Position numbers and translations under genes: made by a program. The notes under the pieces were generated by a model that saw only the letters and a program-made list of their open reading frames with translations, ran no database searches and was not told the origin of the DNA. From the NCBI GenBank assembly GCA_000004985.1, contig GG738853.1: a stretch of DNA of 64,000 nucleotides; one strand, 5' to 3'. Of the stretch, positions 54,034 through 64,000 are shown one piece after another; the first letter of the stretch is position 1, and each line of letters opens with the position of its first letter. The DNA is from Naegleria gruberi (Eukaryota).

Positions 54034-55470
54034 ATGTCTCGTTCATATGGTAAACTGTTGGTTATTAACAGTGTCTTGTCATTTCTACTTGTATTCATTT
54101 TGACAGAATTCTGTCATGCCTTGCCAAAAATCAGAGGTTTCAAACAACAATCAAATTCTATTGTAAGACCTTGGTCACAAACGTTTGGAGATTATCGTTT
54201 CTCGAACTTGGTCAATTTCACTCTATCCCATTCTGATTGGTCAACTGAACTTGGTGGCTCAATTGACGAAAACAGTGTAGCCTTTGCTTCTCTTACTAAC
54301 AACAAGGAAGGTTACCTGTACATGATAATTGACTATCCATATACCAATCTGAATTCTACCTTCATCAAATTAGATGCCACCAGTGGTAAAATTGTCCAAA
54401 CTTTAGTTAACATTATTCCACAAGATTCTCAACCAGTCATTATAGAAATTGCAGCACTTTTGGATTCGAATGGAAACTATTACGTAATTAGAAAAAGCAA
54501 AAACGATCACAATGGAGTACTTTTAATGAAAATATCAACAAGTAATTTCCAGGTGCTAACAATTTCAATTTCCACAAGTTTCTTCACTGGAATGGTCATT
54601 TCAGAAAGGAATAATTTGCTAATTGTCCATGGAAATGAATTCGTTTCTGCTTTCAATTTGGATACTTTGAAAACGGTATGGACAACCCAATTGAAAAAGG
54701 ATGATACAATCTCAGAGTCAACCATTGTCCTCGTTGAGAATGAATTCAACGATGGAATTGACATTGTGTACTGTTCTTTCAGAAGTTTCGTATTCAGAAT
54801 TAGAGCAAGAGACGGAGCTGTATTGTCAACAATGGATGTGCACGATGACAGATACTTTGTTGAGATATATCTTTTGCAAATTAGTTATAGTGGAATTCCT
54901 GGTTTAATTGGAGTTCAGTTTGGTTCATATTTCATGTCAATTGAAACAACCACACAAACTTTAGGTCCTAGAACTAAATTGGTATCATTAGAATATTGTA
55001 GTCCTCCAATGTCCACACAAATCAAGAGTGGAGAATCAGAATTCCATTTTGAAACTGTTTTTACCTGTTCCAACATTTCATCTTACATGCAATGGACATT
55101 TGGTTCCAATTATTTGTTAAATTACAAAACTCTCGCTCATCACCAGGGAAATGGAAGAATTGTAATTGAAAATCCCAAATTGAAATATGAATTGGATGTT
55201 GGAAGAGGGCAGGAATCTCATCTTCTTCCAACAAATTCATTGGATTCGTCTGGGTTGACTATTTTGGTTGGATCCAATTCTCAAGAATTTCCACAACCAT
55301 TCAAGTATGATCTTTCAAGAAATGGCATTTCAAAGGTTCAACTTTCGAATAGGAAGAGTGGTGTTTTGAATTCGAAATTTTTGACCTATACAGCAAGTAA
55401 TTCTAGAATGTATGTCTGTAACAATAATGAGAAGAAAAACTATTGCTACTCATCATTGATTCAACAATAA
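54034..55470 (+). CDS. Secreted hypothetical protein (N-terminal signal peptide, beta-rich)
   Basis: Hydrophobic N-terminus MSRSYGKLLVINSVLSFLLVFILTEFCHA, then a Ser/Thr/Asn-rich beta-strand-like sequence. No motif recognised. Confidence 0.45.
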   Translation: MSRSYGKLLVINSVLSFLLVFILTEFCHALPKIRGFKQQSNSIVRPWSQTFGDYRFSNLVNFTLSHSDWSTELGGSIDENSVAFASLTNNKEGYLYMIIDYPYTNLNSTFIKLDATSGKIVQTLVNIIPQDSQPVIIEIAALLDSNGNYYVIRKSKNDHNGVLLMKISTSNFQVLTISISTSFFTGMVISERNNLLIVHGNEFVSAFNLDTLKTVWTTQLKKDDTISESTIVLVENEFNDGIDIVYCSFRSFVFRIRARDGAVLSTMDVHDDRYFVEIYLLQISYSGIPGLIGVQFGSYFMSIETTTQTLGPRTKLVSLEYCSPPMSTQIKSGESEFHFETVFTCSNISSYMQWTFGSNYLLNYKTLAHHQGNGRIVIENPKLKYELDVGRGQESHLLPTNSLDSSGLTILVGSNSQEFPQPFKYDLSRNGISKVQLSNRKSGVLNSKFLTYTASNSRMYVCNNNEKKNYCYSSLIQQ

Positions 55471-55523
55471 ATTTGGTATTCCACACAAAAAAGAATTTAT
55501 TCGAAAGATTTTAAATAAAAAAT

Positions 55524-57020
55524 GTGTCATCTTTGAATTATTCGAAAGTAGGAGTTCATCATATTCCGAAATATATTGAGTTTCTAACTAAAAAAATGAG
55601 CAAGATTTTCAAACTCATAATAGCATGCACAACATTATTGGTGTTTAGTTTCGTTTTCTTTCGTCTACTGACCAAGTCACCAATTAATTCAGATAATAAC
55701 ATTTTCGATAGAAATTCCAATACAAAACAAGAAACACCCACCATTCCACACAAGAACAACCTACCAAGAGTCGTAATAGTCCTGGGAACAAGACCAGAGG
55801 CCATCAAATGTGCCCCACTAATCTCACACCTCAAATCAAACTATTCCTCCGAATTGGAATTGATTGTTCTAAGTACTGGCCAGCACAGTGAAATTCTGAA
55901 ACAAACATTGGCAGTATTTGATCAACATGTGGACATTGATTTGGAATTAATGGAACCCAATCAAAGTATTTCCTCATTCTTTACACTTGCTTATCAAAGG
56001 ATTAGTTTAGAATTTGAGAGACAGGGACCTATTTCTATAGTGTTGGTTCAGGGTGATACGACCACATCTCTTGCTGCTGCCCTTGCTGCCAGTTATTTAA
56101 AGATACCTGTTGGACATGTAGAAGCTGGATTGAGATCGTACGATTTCAATAGTCCATTTCCAGAAGAATTGAATTGTAAAATGATTGATTCATTTGCTAG
56201 ACTCTTGTTTGCTCCAACTGATTTCTCTAAGGCAGCTCTTGTTAGAGAAGGTATTTGTCCACAGCATGTGCATGTCACTGGTAATACTGGCATTGATTCG
56301 TTCTATTCCTTAATGTCTGTTCCACCAAAGATAATTCCAGAATTTCTGAAAAATATCAAAAGTTTTAAAGGCAGCAATGATCATGCAGCAGAAACATTGG
56401 CAATTGAGTCACATCATCGAATAGTAATTCTTGTTACAATGCACAGAAGAGAAAACATTCCACACTTTAAGGAAATGTGTAATGCCATCAAAACAATTTC
56501 CAATACATTTGGAAAGAATGTCATGATCATTCTACCTGTACATCCAAATCCCAATGCTAAGAGTGTAGTTAATGAAGTGTTGTCAGCATTGGATAACGTA
56601 CAACTCGTTGATCCAATTGCCTATGACATCTTTCCACATGTGATTAGTGAAGCTGACATTATTGTTACTGACTCTGGAGGTATTCAGGAGGAATCAGCAA
56701 GTATTGGAAAGCCAGTTATTCTCATGAGAGATACGACTGAGAGACCAGAGGGAATTTATATTGGAACTATTAAAAAGATTGGAGTCAATTATTTTCACAT
56801 TGTGAAAGCCATGACAGATGCAATTAAGGATTCACAAAATTCGAAACAAATTCTTTCGAAACACATATTTGGAGATGGGAAAGCTAGCATGAGAATTTCA
56901 AAAATTGTTCGTGATTTTGTCACCTCCAAATTACCAGATTCTATAGAATGTTCTACTCAATTCATCCAAGATTCAATTGCAGAAAGTGTTTACTCTCAAA
57001 ATTTTACCATTCGAAAGTAG
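55524..57020 (+). CDS. UDP-N-acetylglucosamine 2-epimerase (non-hydrolysing, WecB/MnaA-like), membrane-anchored
   Basis: VVIVLGTRPEAIKCAPL, VLVQGDTTTSLAAALAASYLKIPVGHVEAGLRSYD, HVTGNTGIDSF, ILVTMHRREN, ILPVHPNPN, VTDSGGIQEESASIGKPVILMRDTTERPEG, GDG all align with E. coli WecB motifs. The N-terminal hydrophobic segment KIFKLIIACTTLLVFSFVFF is a signal-anchor. The true start is probably ATG about 55596 (aaaaaaATGagc). Confidence 0.88.
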   Translation: MSSLNYSKVGVHHIPKYIEFLTKKMSKIFKLIIACTTLLVFSFVFFRLLTKSPINSDNNIFDRNSNTKQETPTIPHKNNLPRVVIVLGTRPEAIKCAPLISHLKSNYSSELELIVLSTGQHSEILKQTLAVFDQHVDIDLELMEPNQSISSFFTLAYQRISLEFERQGPISIVLVQGDTTTSLAAALAASYLKIPVGHVEAGLRSYDFNSPFPEELNCKMIDSFARLLFAPTDFSKAALVREGICPQHVHVTGNTGIDSFYSLMSVPPKIIPEFLKNIKSFKGSNDHAAETLAIESHHRIVILVTMHRRENIPHFKEMCNAIKTISNTFGKNVMIILPVHPNPNAKSVVNEVLSALDNVQLVDPIAYDIFPHVISEADIIVTDSGGIQEESASIGKPVILMRDTTERPEGIYIGTIKKIGVNYFHIVKAMTDAIKDSQNSKQILSKHIFGDGKASMRISKIVRDFVTSKLPDSIECSTQFIQDSIAESVYSQNFTIRK

Positions 57021-57220
57021 AAAGAAGGAATTATTGGAAAGATCAACAGATAACTCCCCATACAAGAGTTATTCTCATTACCAAGAACAGAACTTGAAGA
57101 GATGGATTCCCCTCTCGATCAACTCTATACTTTCTGAAAAATCAAACAAATTAGTTGAAATGAATCATGTCCATCATACATGTTTATTACAACTTTCTTT
57201 AAGATATTTGTGAAACTGAG

Positions 57221-58252
57221 TTATTCGAAAGAAAAGTCAATATCATGATAATTTCCTGCCTTTTTAAACTCAAAATAAGTTGGCATGGCCTTTCGTTTCA
57301 TGGTGAGTGCATTCCACATGGAAATTTGATTTTCCTTCTTTTTAAATCTGAAAATAATTTGATATTCTTTAGAATTGATTTGAATCTCATCTTTTCCATA
57401 AAACAATCGAATACGTTTCATATCTCTAATATCAACAACCTTTTCCAATTCTCTCTCATAATTGCCCAATTCTGCATCTGAATTAATGTTAACTTTTAAG
57501 AAGTGTTGATAAATTATCTCATTACTATTTGGTTTGAATAAAAGCAATTCACCCAATTTGGAAATTGCAATCGATCCATTCTCAATCAATTGATTCCCAA
57601 TCTCCTTACTGTTAATAATTTCAAATTCCAACCCAACCAAAAGATAATCGAACATGTACAATTCTATTGATTGCAGAAATTCAGTATTCTTCTTCACATC
57701 CTTCAGAAATGTACTCTGTTCTGAGAAAAACACAATTTTTTCAGTTAATTTCTTTAAGAGCAAATCAGTTTTCTCTTTTTGATCAGTATCCTCGAGATAT
57801 TTCTGTAAATCTCGATATAAAAGGATATATCTGGATAATCTTGAAAGGAAATAAAAATTAATCATCATTTCATTAGTAAATATCTTGTTATAAATTCCTT
57901 TCCAAACATTGCAATCAAAGGTAATGGAATTGACAATGAAAGTTTCCATAAACAAATCATTATCCAAAAATTTAGACAAGTTTCCAACACACAATTCGAA
58001 ACATGCCTCATAATTTGATGAATCCACAACAACATTCAGCCTATCGTAATATTCCTTCATCACCCAATAAATTTGATCAAGTTTTTTATATTGAAATCTC
58101 AAGTAAATTTGCTGATCCAATGTAAAACAATCCAAATTATTAGTCAACCAGAAATTAAACATTTCGGAAGTTTCTTTAAATTTGCTTATGGTTGTTTGAT
58201 CGGTTTGGATAATTTCTTGCAAGACACGACATGCTCTTTCAATGTTATTCAT
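57221..58252 (-). CDS. Hypothetical protein (343 aa)
   Basis: Long ORF with A-rich start context. No recognisable motif. Confidence 0.4.
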   Translation of the reverse strand: MNNIERACRVLQEIIQTDQTTISKFKETSEMFNFWLTNNLDCFTLDQQIYLRFQYKKLDQIYWVMKEYYDRLNVVVDSSNYEACFELCVGNLSKFLDNDLFMETFIVNSITFDCNVWKGIYNKIFTNEMMINFYFLSRLSRYILLYRDLQKYLEDTDQKEKTDLLLKKLTEKIVFFSEQSTFLKDVKKNTEFLQSIELYMFDYLLVGLEFEIINSKEIGNQLIENGSIAISKLGELLLFKPNSNEIIYQHFLKVNINSDAELGNYERELEKVVDIRDMKRIRLFYGKDEIQINSKEYQIIFRFKKKENQISMWNALTMKRKAMPTYFEFKKAGNYHDIDFSFE

Positions 58253-58925
58253 TTTTTTTTATATTTAAAGTTCTCTATTCGAAATGAGACTATTTATATT
58301 GAAAAATGTAAGGTTGCATGGTTACTGACTTGTTGTAATGATGACTCAACTTGACATTTAAAGAAAAAATATGAACAAAAGAACTTGGCTTTTTTTGTAA
58401 TTTTTGACACTTTTGATTCTAATTAGCTTCAAAATAATTCATCCATGCAACAACACATTCTATTTATTTACAATAACTTTAGTCAATCACTTACTCACAT
58501 CTACACAGATATCATTAATATCTTCATCACTTTACAATTCTCTTAAAACAAGCAAAGTATTTAAATTGTTCAATAAGGCAGAAACCGATCGAATTGTTGG
58601 CGAAGAAGAAGCTAGAAAAATAGCATTGGAGAATGGAAATCTTTATACTGTGAAATTTCCAAAGATATCGAATCTATTAAGTAACTAGTTGTTGTTACTT
58701 TGGAACTAGAAGTTTTAGCAGAATAAATTGCATGGTCAACTGCTTATCAAGACTTTGGGAATATTTTCATCTTGATTCCTTTGAAATGTTGAAAGAAACA
58801 GCAGAATTACATGAAAACAAAGAGTTGGAAGTTATCAAAAACTGAATCCTTCACACATCCATAAGTAGTCATGCCTCCGACCAAACTTCGGAGTTTCACA
58901 CCAAAAAAAAATACGCGTACACACA

Positions 58926-59714
58926 ATGCAAGCATTCATTAACATGGCCACTCTCTGGTTGGACTTATCCTTTCTCTTTGGATCCATAGCCTACACTGCA
59001 GGTTGCATTGTGTTGATACTAAAGGTTTCGTATTTTGTCGAAGGAGTTATCCTATTCATTATCGGTTCTGCTTTTTTCATGGTTGGACCAATCGGAAAAA
59101 CACTTGTGGATTTGATGAATTTGGTTCGATATTACATGTGGAAGAGGAGAAGAAGGAAATTCACACAACTTATTGATGATTATCAAAGTGTGAATAGAAA
59201 TCGCTTGGTTGACTATGAAGATTCGAATATTTGGGAAAGACCAAAAGATGTACCATCTATTGGAATGATTAGTTTGGAATTATTTAATGATTTTACTCAA
59301 TTGATTGGAGGAGTTGCATTGACTATTGGATCGAGTCTATATATGGTAAAACCAGAACCTTTATATTTAGTTTATACTGCAGTTTCGAATTGGTTAGGTG
59401 GCTCTTTATTATTCCTTTTAGTTGCATGCATTCAATTTGGAATGAAACAATATGATATTTTAAAGAACCATTCCACCAATCAAAAACTGTCATGCTCATG
59501 TTGCATTCATCATTCTTTTGACATTTCGTCCTATGTGTTCAATATCATTGCTTGTTTGCTATTCTCAATGGGTTCGACATGTTTTTATTTTGTAAATAAC
59601 AGATCTTTAGAAATTAGTGGTGAAGTAATTTGGTCGATGGGATGTGTGTCATGTGTCATGGCAATTGCATGTAGTAGAGTTGTTTGGATTGAGAATTGTT
59701 TTACAAAAGCATAA
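58926..59714 (+). CDS. Hypothetical multi-pass membrane protein
   Basis: 262 aa with 5-6 hydrophobic helices (LWLDLSFLFGSIAYTAGCIVLIL, VILFIIGSAFFMVGPIG, LIGGVALTIGSSLYMV, GGSLLFLLVACIQFG, IIACLLFSMGSTCFYFV, VIWSMGCVSCVMAIAC). Confidence 0.45.
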   Translation: MQAFINMATLWLDLSFLFGSIAYTAGCIVLILKVSYFVEGVILFIIGSAFFMVGPIGKTLVDLMNLVRYYMWKRRRRKFTQLIDDYQSVNRNRLVDYEDSNIWERPKDVPSIGMISLELFNDFTQLIGGVALTIGSSLYMVKPEPLYLVYTAVSNWLGGSLLFLLVACIQFGMKQYDILKNHSTNQKLSCSCCIHHSFDISSYVFNIIACLLFSMGSTCFYFVNNRSLEISGEVIWSMGCVSCVMAIACSRVVWIENCFTKA

Positions 59715-59861
59715 ATGCTCCTCTTCTGGAACAGATTAGTTCAAATAACATTAAAAAAAATTGATTCTTCTTTAAACAATTGTCATTTATTAGCTTGTGA
59801 TTGCCGAAACTAAACATCTGAAAATATTTCCACCAATAATAAGAAAAAAGTTTCAAAAAAA

Positions 59862-60677
59862 ATGGCGCGAACAAAACAAACCAAAAGAAAAACATGCCCA
59901 AAAACCGAAGAAGAACAAATCGAAAAGATCAAACAACGTAAAATCCTTCTTGGCCATGAAAATCGCTCATGGAAAAGAACCTCTCCTTCCTTCATTCTCT
60001 ACCCGACCGATATTTCCATCCTCACGAGTACCAACTCTGATCCGAATTCTAATCAATTATTATTATTGGGAAATAAGTTTGTAGAACATGCATGTTCTGA
60101 TTCAACTTGTCATTATGATCTTCCACGAATTAGTTGGAAAAATACTGGATTGAATACACAAGTATTTAGTGATGTTTTGGTTAACAATTATGGAATTCCA
60201 AGAAATGATTGTACGCTCATATGTGATGAAGGAGCTGGTGAAGAGTATTCAGAAATAGCAATGAATATTCTTGAAAAAGTGTTAAATAATGTTCAAGCTT
60301 ATGAAATGAATACGAAACTGATCGAATGTGAAAGAGAACAAGACGAAAGTATCAACAGCATTACCATTGAATATTCAACATGTGGATCAAAGTGTTATTA
60401 CAAATCAAATTGTGATTATGAATATGAATTTGTAGTCTTACTTGTGAGCCAGGATGAATATCTTGCATTTGGACATATTGGATGTCATGCTTTCTATTTA
60501 TTACCTGGATTGGATTATTCGAATTCAGATGGAAGTTCACCTAATGTCTGCTCTGATTCCATTGTAATATATGATGAGGAGAATGATATGTCCTATCCAA
60601 ATATTATTCCACTTTCTAAGGTTTTGCAAAAATCGAAAGAATTTTTAAGAAATGTTTTAGATAACAGATATCACTAG
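59862..60677 (+). CDS. Hypothetical Cys-rich protein with histone-H3-tail-like N-terminus
   Basis: Starts MARTKQTKRKT (histone H3 starts MARTKQTARKS), then has no histone fold. The remainder is a Cys/Tyr-containing unknown domain. Confidence 0.4.
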   Translation: MARTKQTKRKTCPKTEEEQIEKIKQRKILLGHENRSWKRTSPSFILYPTDISILTSTNSDPNSNQLLLLGNKFVEHACSDSTCHYDLPRISWKNTGLNTQVFSDVLVNNYGIPRNDCTLICDEGAGEEYSEIAMNILEKVLNNVQAYEMNTKLIECEREQDESINSITIEYSTCGSKCYYKSNCDYEYEFVVLLVSQDEYLAFGHIGCHAFYLLPGLDYSNSDGSSPNVCSDSIVIYDEENDMSYPNIIPLSKVLQKSKEFLRNVLDNRYH

Positions 60678-60800
60678 AGAGGTCACTGAGAAAACCAATG
60701 CACAACTCAGTAATATAATAATAAATTTAAAATCATTTCTATGAAAGATAGTAATAGTAGAAAATTTAAACAAACTCCCGCCTTAATTTGAGTAAAAAAA

Positions 60801-61904
60801 ATGCAAGAGCCAACAAGGGTCGGAATGGTTGATGTAAGCAATCCTGTTTCCTTCTTTACAAGATTTGCTCCTTCTTCTCAATTTTTGCGACCTAGGTATT
60901 GTAGAGATAAACCTGCTATGGAAATTGAATTATTAGAAAAATTTGGCTTTTCAAAAGTGATTGATTATAATTACATCACAAAGGATTTTGAATTATTAGA
61001 TGAATTACTAACATTAATTTTATCTGGTAATGATCGTGTTATTAAGAGTTTCGGATATTTGTTTAAGGCAATTCACAAACCACGGCAAGGTGAAATATGT
61101 GATGATTTATTCAGTATTCTTCATTTATTGAAGAAATGCACAACCGAAAGTGATTATCCAAGTAAATTGAAATGGATCAATGAGAAATTACAAAGTTATG
61201 GTCATGCAGATATCAAAAGCAAACCTTCAACATTTAAATATCACGGCATTGAGTTTAAACTTCCACCAAATTGTTTGTTAACATGTGAATCAGCTAATTT
61301 AATTGGGTTCTATAATGAGCAAGAAGAACTCAATGATGAATTGATTGCTAATTTGATAATGTTATTTCCATCAATGTTCGTTCATGCAATGACTGAAAGT
61401 GGAATTACAATACGTGAGAATTGCTTTTGTTTTCTAATAGATTCAAAAGGAAATATGAAATTAATCGTGTCCTATATGGGGTGTCTCGAGGATGAAAAAT
61501 TTTCTTTAAATCAAAATACCAAACTGTTAGATTTGAACTCTATCAAGGGCATTAGTTCAACCTATTCATATTTTGATTTGTTTTATGATAGGTTTAGAAG
61601 GAAGGGTAAATATGGAATGTTTAATCACGAACTAGTTTTCGATTCTTTTAGATGTGGATCTTTGGGCCAATACTGTGGAAATTATGAGACAATATTGAGT
61701 GAATTCTATCAATTTTTAATGAAGAGGTATGCTGAAAGGAAACCAAGGCAGAAAAAGAAATTAGAAATTAAGGAAACACCCAATAACCAAAAGAATAATT
61801 CTAATGAAAATTTGGCGGCATCCAATTTAACTAAAAAACAATTAGAAATGAAGAAGAATAGTGAAAATATTTTGAGAGATGTAACAAATTTTATTAAGAG
61901 ATGA
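60801..61904 (+). CDS. Hypothetical protein (367 aa)
   Basis: Long ORF in A-rich context. Lys-rich C-terminus. No motif recognised. Confidence 0.4.
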   Translation: MQEPTRVGMVDVSNPVSFFTRFAPSSQFLRPRYCRDKPAMEIELLEKFGFSKVIDYNYITKDFELLDELLTLILSGNDRVIKSFGYLFKAIHKPRQGEICDDLFSILHLLKKCTTESDYPSKLKWINEKLQSYGHADIKSKPSTFKYHGIEFKLPPNCLLTCESANLIGFYNEQEELNDELIANLIMLFPSMFVHAMTESGITIRENCFCFLIDSKGNMKLIVSYMGCLEDEKFSLNQNTKLLDLNSIKGISSTYSYFDLFYDRFRRKGKYGMFNHELVFDSFRCGSLGQYCGNYETILSEFYQFLMKRYAERKPRQKKKLEIKETPNNQKNNSNENLAASNLTKKQLEMKKNSENILRDVTNFIKR

Positions 61905-62035
61905 TTCGGCTTAAATTTTAAGGACTGTTCGAAGGCTAAAATTTTGGTTTGTTTCAACTAAAATACAGCACAAACTATATCAACTACAGTTTTTTAGCTT
62001 GATTTGTTGTGAAAATCTTTTTGAATGATTTACTG

Positions 62036-63379
62036 TTAAACTTGTTGTTGATATGGAATGTAATCATTTCCTCCATATGGATAAGGTTGTTGACCTTGTT
62101 GTGGTGGCAAAACAAGTCTTGGTGGTTGATACTCTGTTTGATTGAGTCCATAAACACTCTGTAACATTCCTTGTCCATATACTGAGCTATATCCAGCATT
62201 GTAGATTGGTTGTTGGGTGAATGCAATTTGTTCTGGGAATGGAGTTACAGAAATTTCCTTTACAAACAAGTGTTCTTGAGTATCACACATTCTATTGAAT
62301 ATTACTCTATAGAGTGAATTTAATCCAAACAAGGAGAATAAGAGATAACAAGGCATGGAAACAAAGAATGATGATTCTTCTGGTTTGATTTTAGCCAACA
62401 TGTTTGTTTTGAATGCTGTATCCAGAGACCAATTTTCAGAATAATCCATATAAGTATCTCTCCAACGATTTTCCATTTGAATTCTTCTTCTTGCATCATC
62501 AAGAGCTGTTTTGGTTTCCGGATTACTCATAAATGTCACTTGTTTTAATTTCAATTTCATATATTTCTTGTCAGTTCCTTCCAATCTAAAATAAATGATT
62601 AAGGTTAAATACTTGATTAAGAAAACTTACAAAAATGGTTTGGAAACATCTCTAAAATAATTATAATTGAATGCTCTAGTTTCTGAATAGGTTGTAACTC
62701 TTTCTTCATATGTTCTAGTTTTAGTATTTCCCTCACTATCAGTATAGGTTTCAATTCTTGTTTCGTAATGGTAACAAGAAACATAGAGTGAAATTGTTGG
62801 TCTAGCTCTAGTCAACTTGTCAACATTATCATAAATACTCGAAGCATCTTTGTTATTGAAAAGATACTTGGCAGTGCTACAAGTAAAAACCAGAATAATA
62901 TAGTACAAAATAGACAATCCCAATGGTACATAAACTAGTACACGTGGTAAGATTTGAACAAGTGTATTCTCATAATAATTTGGATAAACAACAATCTCAC
63001 AAATGATTTGAGAAATACTGGCAGAAACAATAAACAATACAAGAAACAAGCTCACCCCACTCGAACAACACAAATCTAGGCACGATGTATCAGTCACCCT
63101 CGATGAATAGTAGGGATCAATTTTTTGTTCTCTTATTTGTAAATTACTTGTCCGAAGAGGCTGTTGTTGTTGACCATTCCAAGCAGCAGCAGCAACATCA
63201 TAATTAGGATTGATCTCATGATGTTGTCGTTGTCGATTATTATTATCTGTTAACAAGGCTGAATTGGATGAAGGAATAATTTGTGTGTTGGAGGCTGTCT
63301 TTTTATCAGAGCCATACAGCAGAGATTGTTGCTCCGATGAGTTATAAGAGGGTGATGAACCATTACCTGTTACTACCAT
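62036..63379 (-). CDS. Two-exon membrane protein with Pro/Tyr/Gln-rich C-terminus (hypothetical)
   Basis: ORFs 62627..63379 and 62036..62584 join through a 45-nt intron 62586..62630 (GTAAGT..TTTTAG), phase 2, giving ..RDVSKPFLEGTDKKYMKLK... Two to four TM helices (LFLVLFIVSASISQIICEIVVY, VYVPLGLSILYYIILVFTC, PCYLLFSLFGLNSLY). PY-rich tail PPRLVLPPQQGQQPYPYGG. Confidence 0.55.
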
Positions 63380-64000
63380 ATATTATCGTGGTGTTGTATT
63401 TAGGTGAATTTTTTCTGTATTGTAGTTGGTTGCAGCCTCATTCAAATTTCAATATATTTGTCTGAGGTTCTACTTGAAATCCAGTATGAAATAGTAAGAA
63501 GTAACCCAACAAGTTGTGAATGGAAACTAGTTGGATGGTTTTATACAGCTATGAGCTATGGGATGGAAATAATCATTGAATATCATGTAATTATTAATAA
63601 GAAGAGAAAACATAAAGGATTGCAATTGAGAATTTATAATGTGAGTTTAAACTTTTTTGTACATCACAGATGAAGAATGACGAATCTGTCCTTACTTTCT
63701 ATAGGAGAATCTGATGATGATGAATAATAATTATTCACATGGTGATGATGCTGATAATGTGAAGAGAATAATAATAATATCGAATATCACCAAATTGTTA
63801 TTGGAAAATCAAGACACAATAATTAATTACTCTTCCCCATTGCTCTTCTCTTTCTAATCTTCATAATAATTGGCCAAACATAAACCTTTCCGATGGAAGC
63901 AACAATCAGGGAAAAAATCCAAATAAACACAATAATGATAATGATCTGTGAGACGACATCATTCTTTTGAATACATTGTGCTCGGTACAATGTTGTCTTA

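Overview
After a 1,348-nt N-gap, this is a gene-dense (about 40 genes), AT-rich (roughly 33% GC) nuclear segment of a unicellular eukaryote. It uses the standard genetic code, most stops are TAA, and start codons sit in A-rich contexts. Introns are very short: 40-62 nt, four of exactly 45 nt. The ORF track therefore splits several real genes into pieces, and some ORF 'M' starts are really GTG/TTG. Dictyostelid or other amoeboid-protist-like features are frequent poly-N/Q/H tracts, many F-box/LRR genes, and a 5S rRNA (recalled from memory to resemble dictyostelid 5S) that is dispersed rather than in rDNA. Recognisable genes: DNA topoisomerase II with a mitochondrial-type presequence, histone H2A.X (C-terminal SQDY), a DYRK-family kinase, a second Ser/Thr kinase, a Rho/Ras-like GTPase, an FAD-dependent monooxygenase (3 exons), an RCC1-repeat protein, a Sel1-repeat protein, a PH-domain/beta-helix protein, a GNAT acetyltransferase, a Ddl-like ATP-grasp enzyme, a bacterial-type UDP-GlcNAc 2-epimerase (WecB-like), a 3'-5' exonuclease fused to a ycf45-like P-loop ATPase, a 2,221-aa helical-repeat giant, and six F-box genes (four F-box/LRR). 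The most unusual region is a Pol III island at 21.2-27.2 kb. It holds tRNA-Pro(TGG), tRNA-Leu(CAA), tRNA-Lys(CTT) and two near-identical 5S rRNA genes interleaved with F-box genes. It also holds an actin pseudogene (in-frame CGA->TGA nonsense, internal deletion) whose missing middle is replaced by a ~210-bp GC-rich, hairpin-dense element of unknown nature. No CRISPR, prokaryotic operons or intact transposon ORFs were seen.
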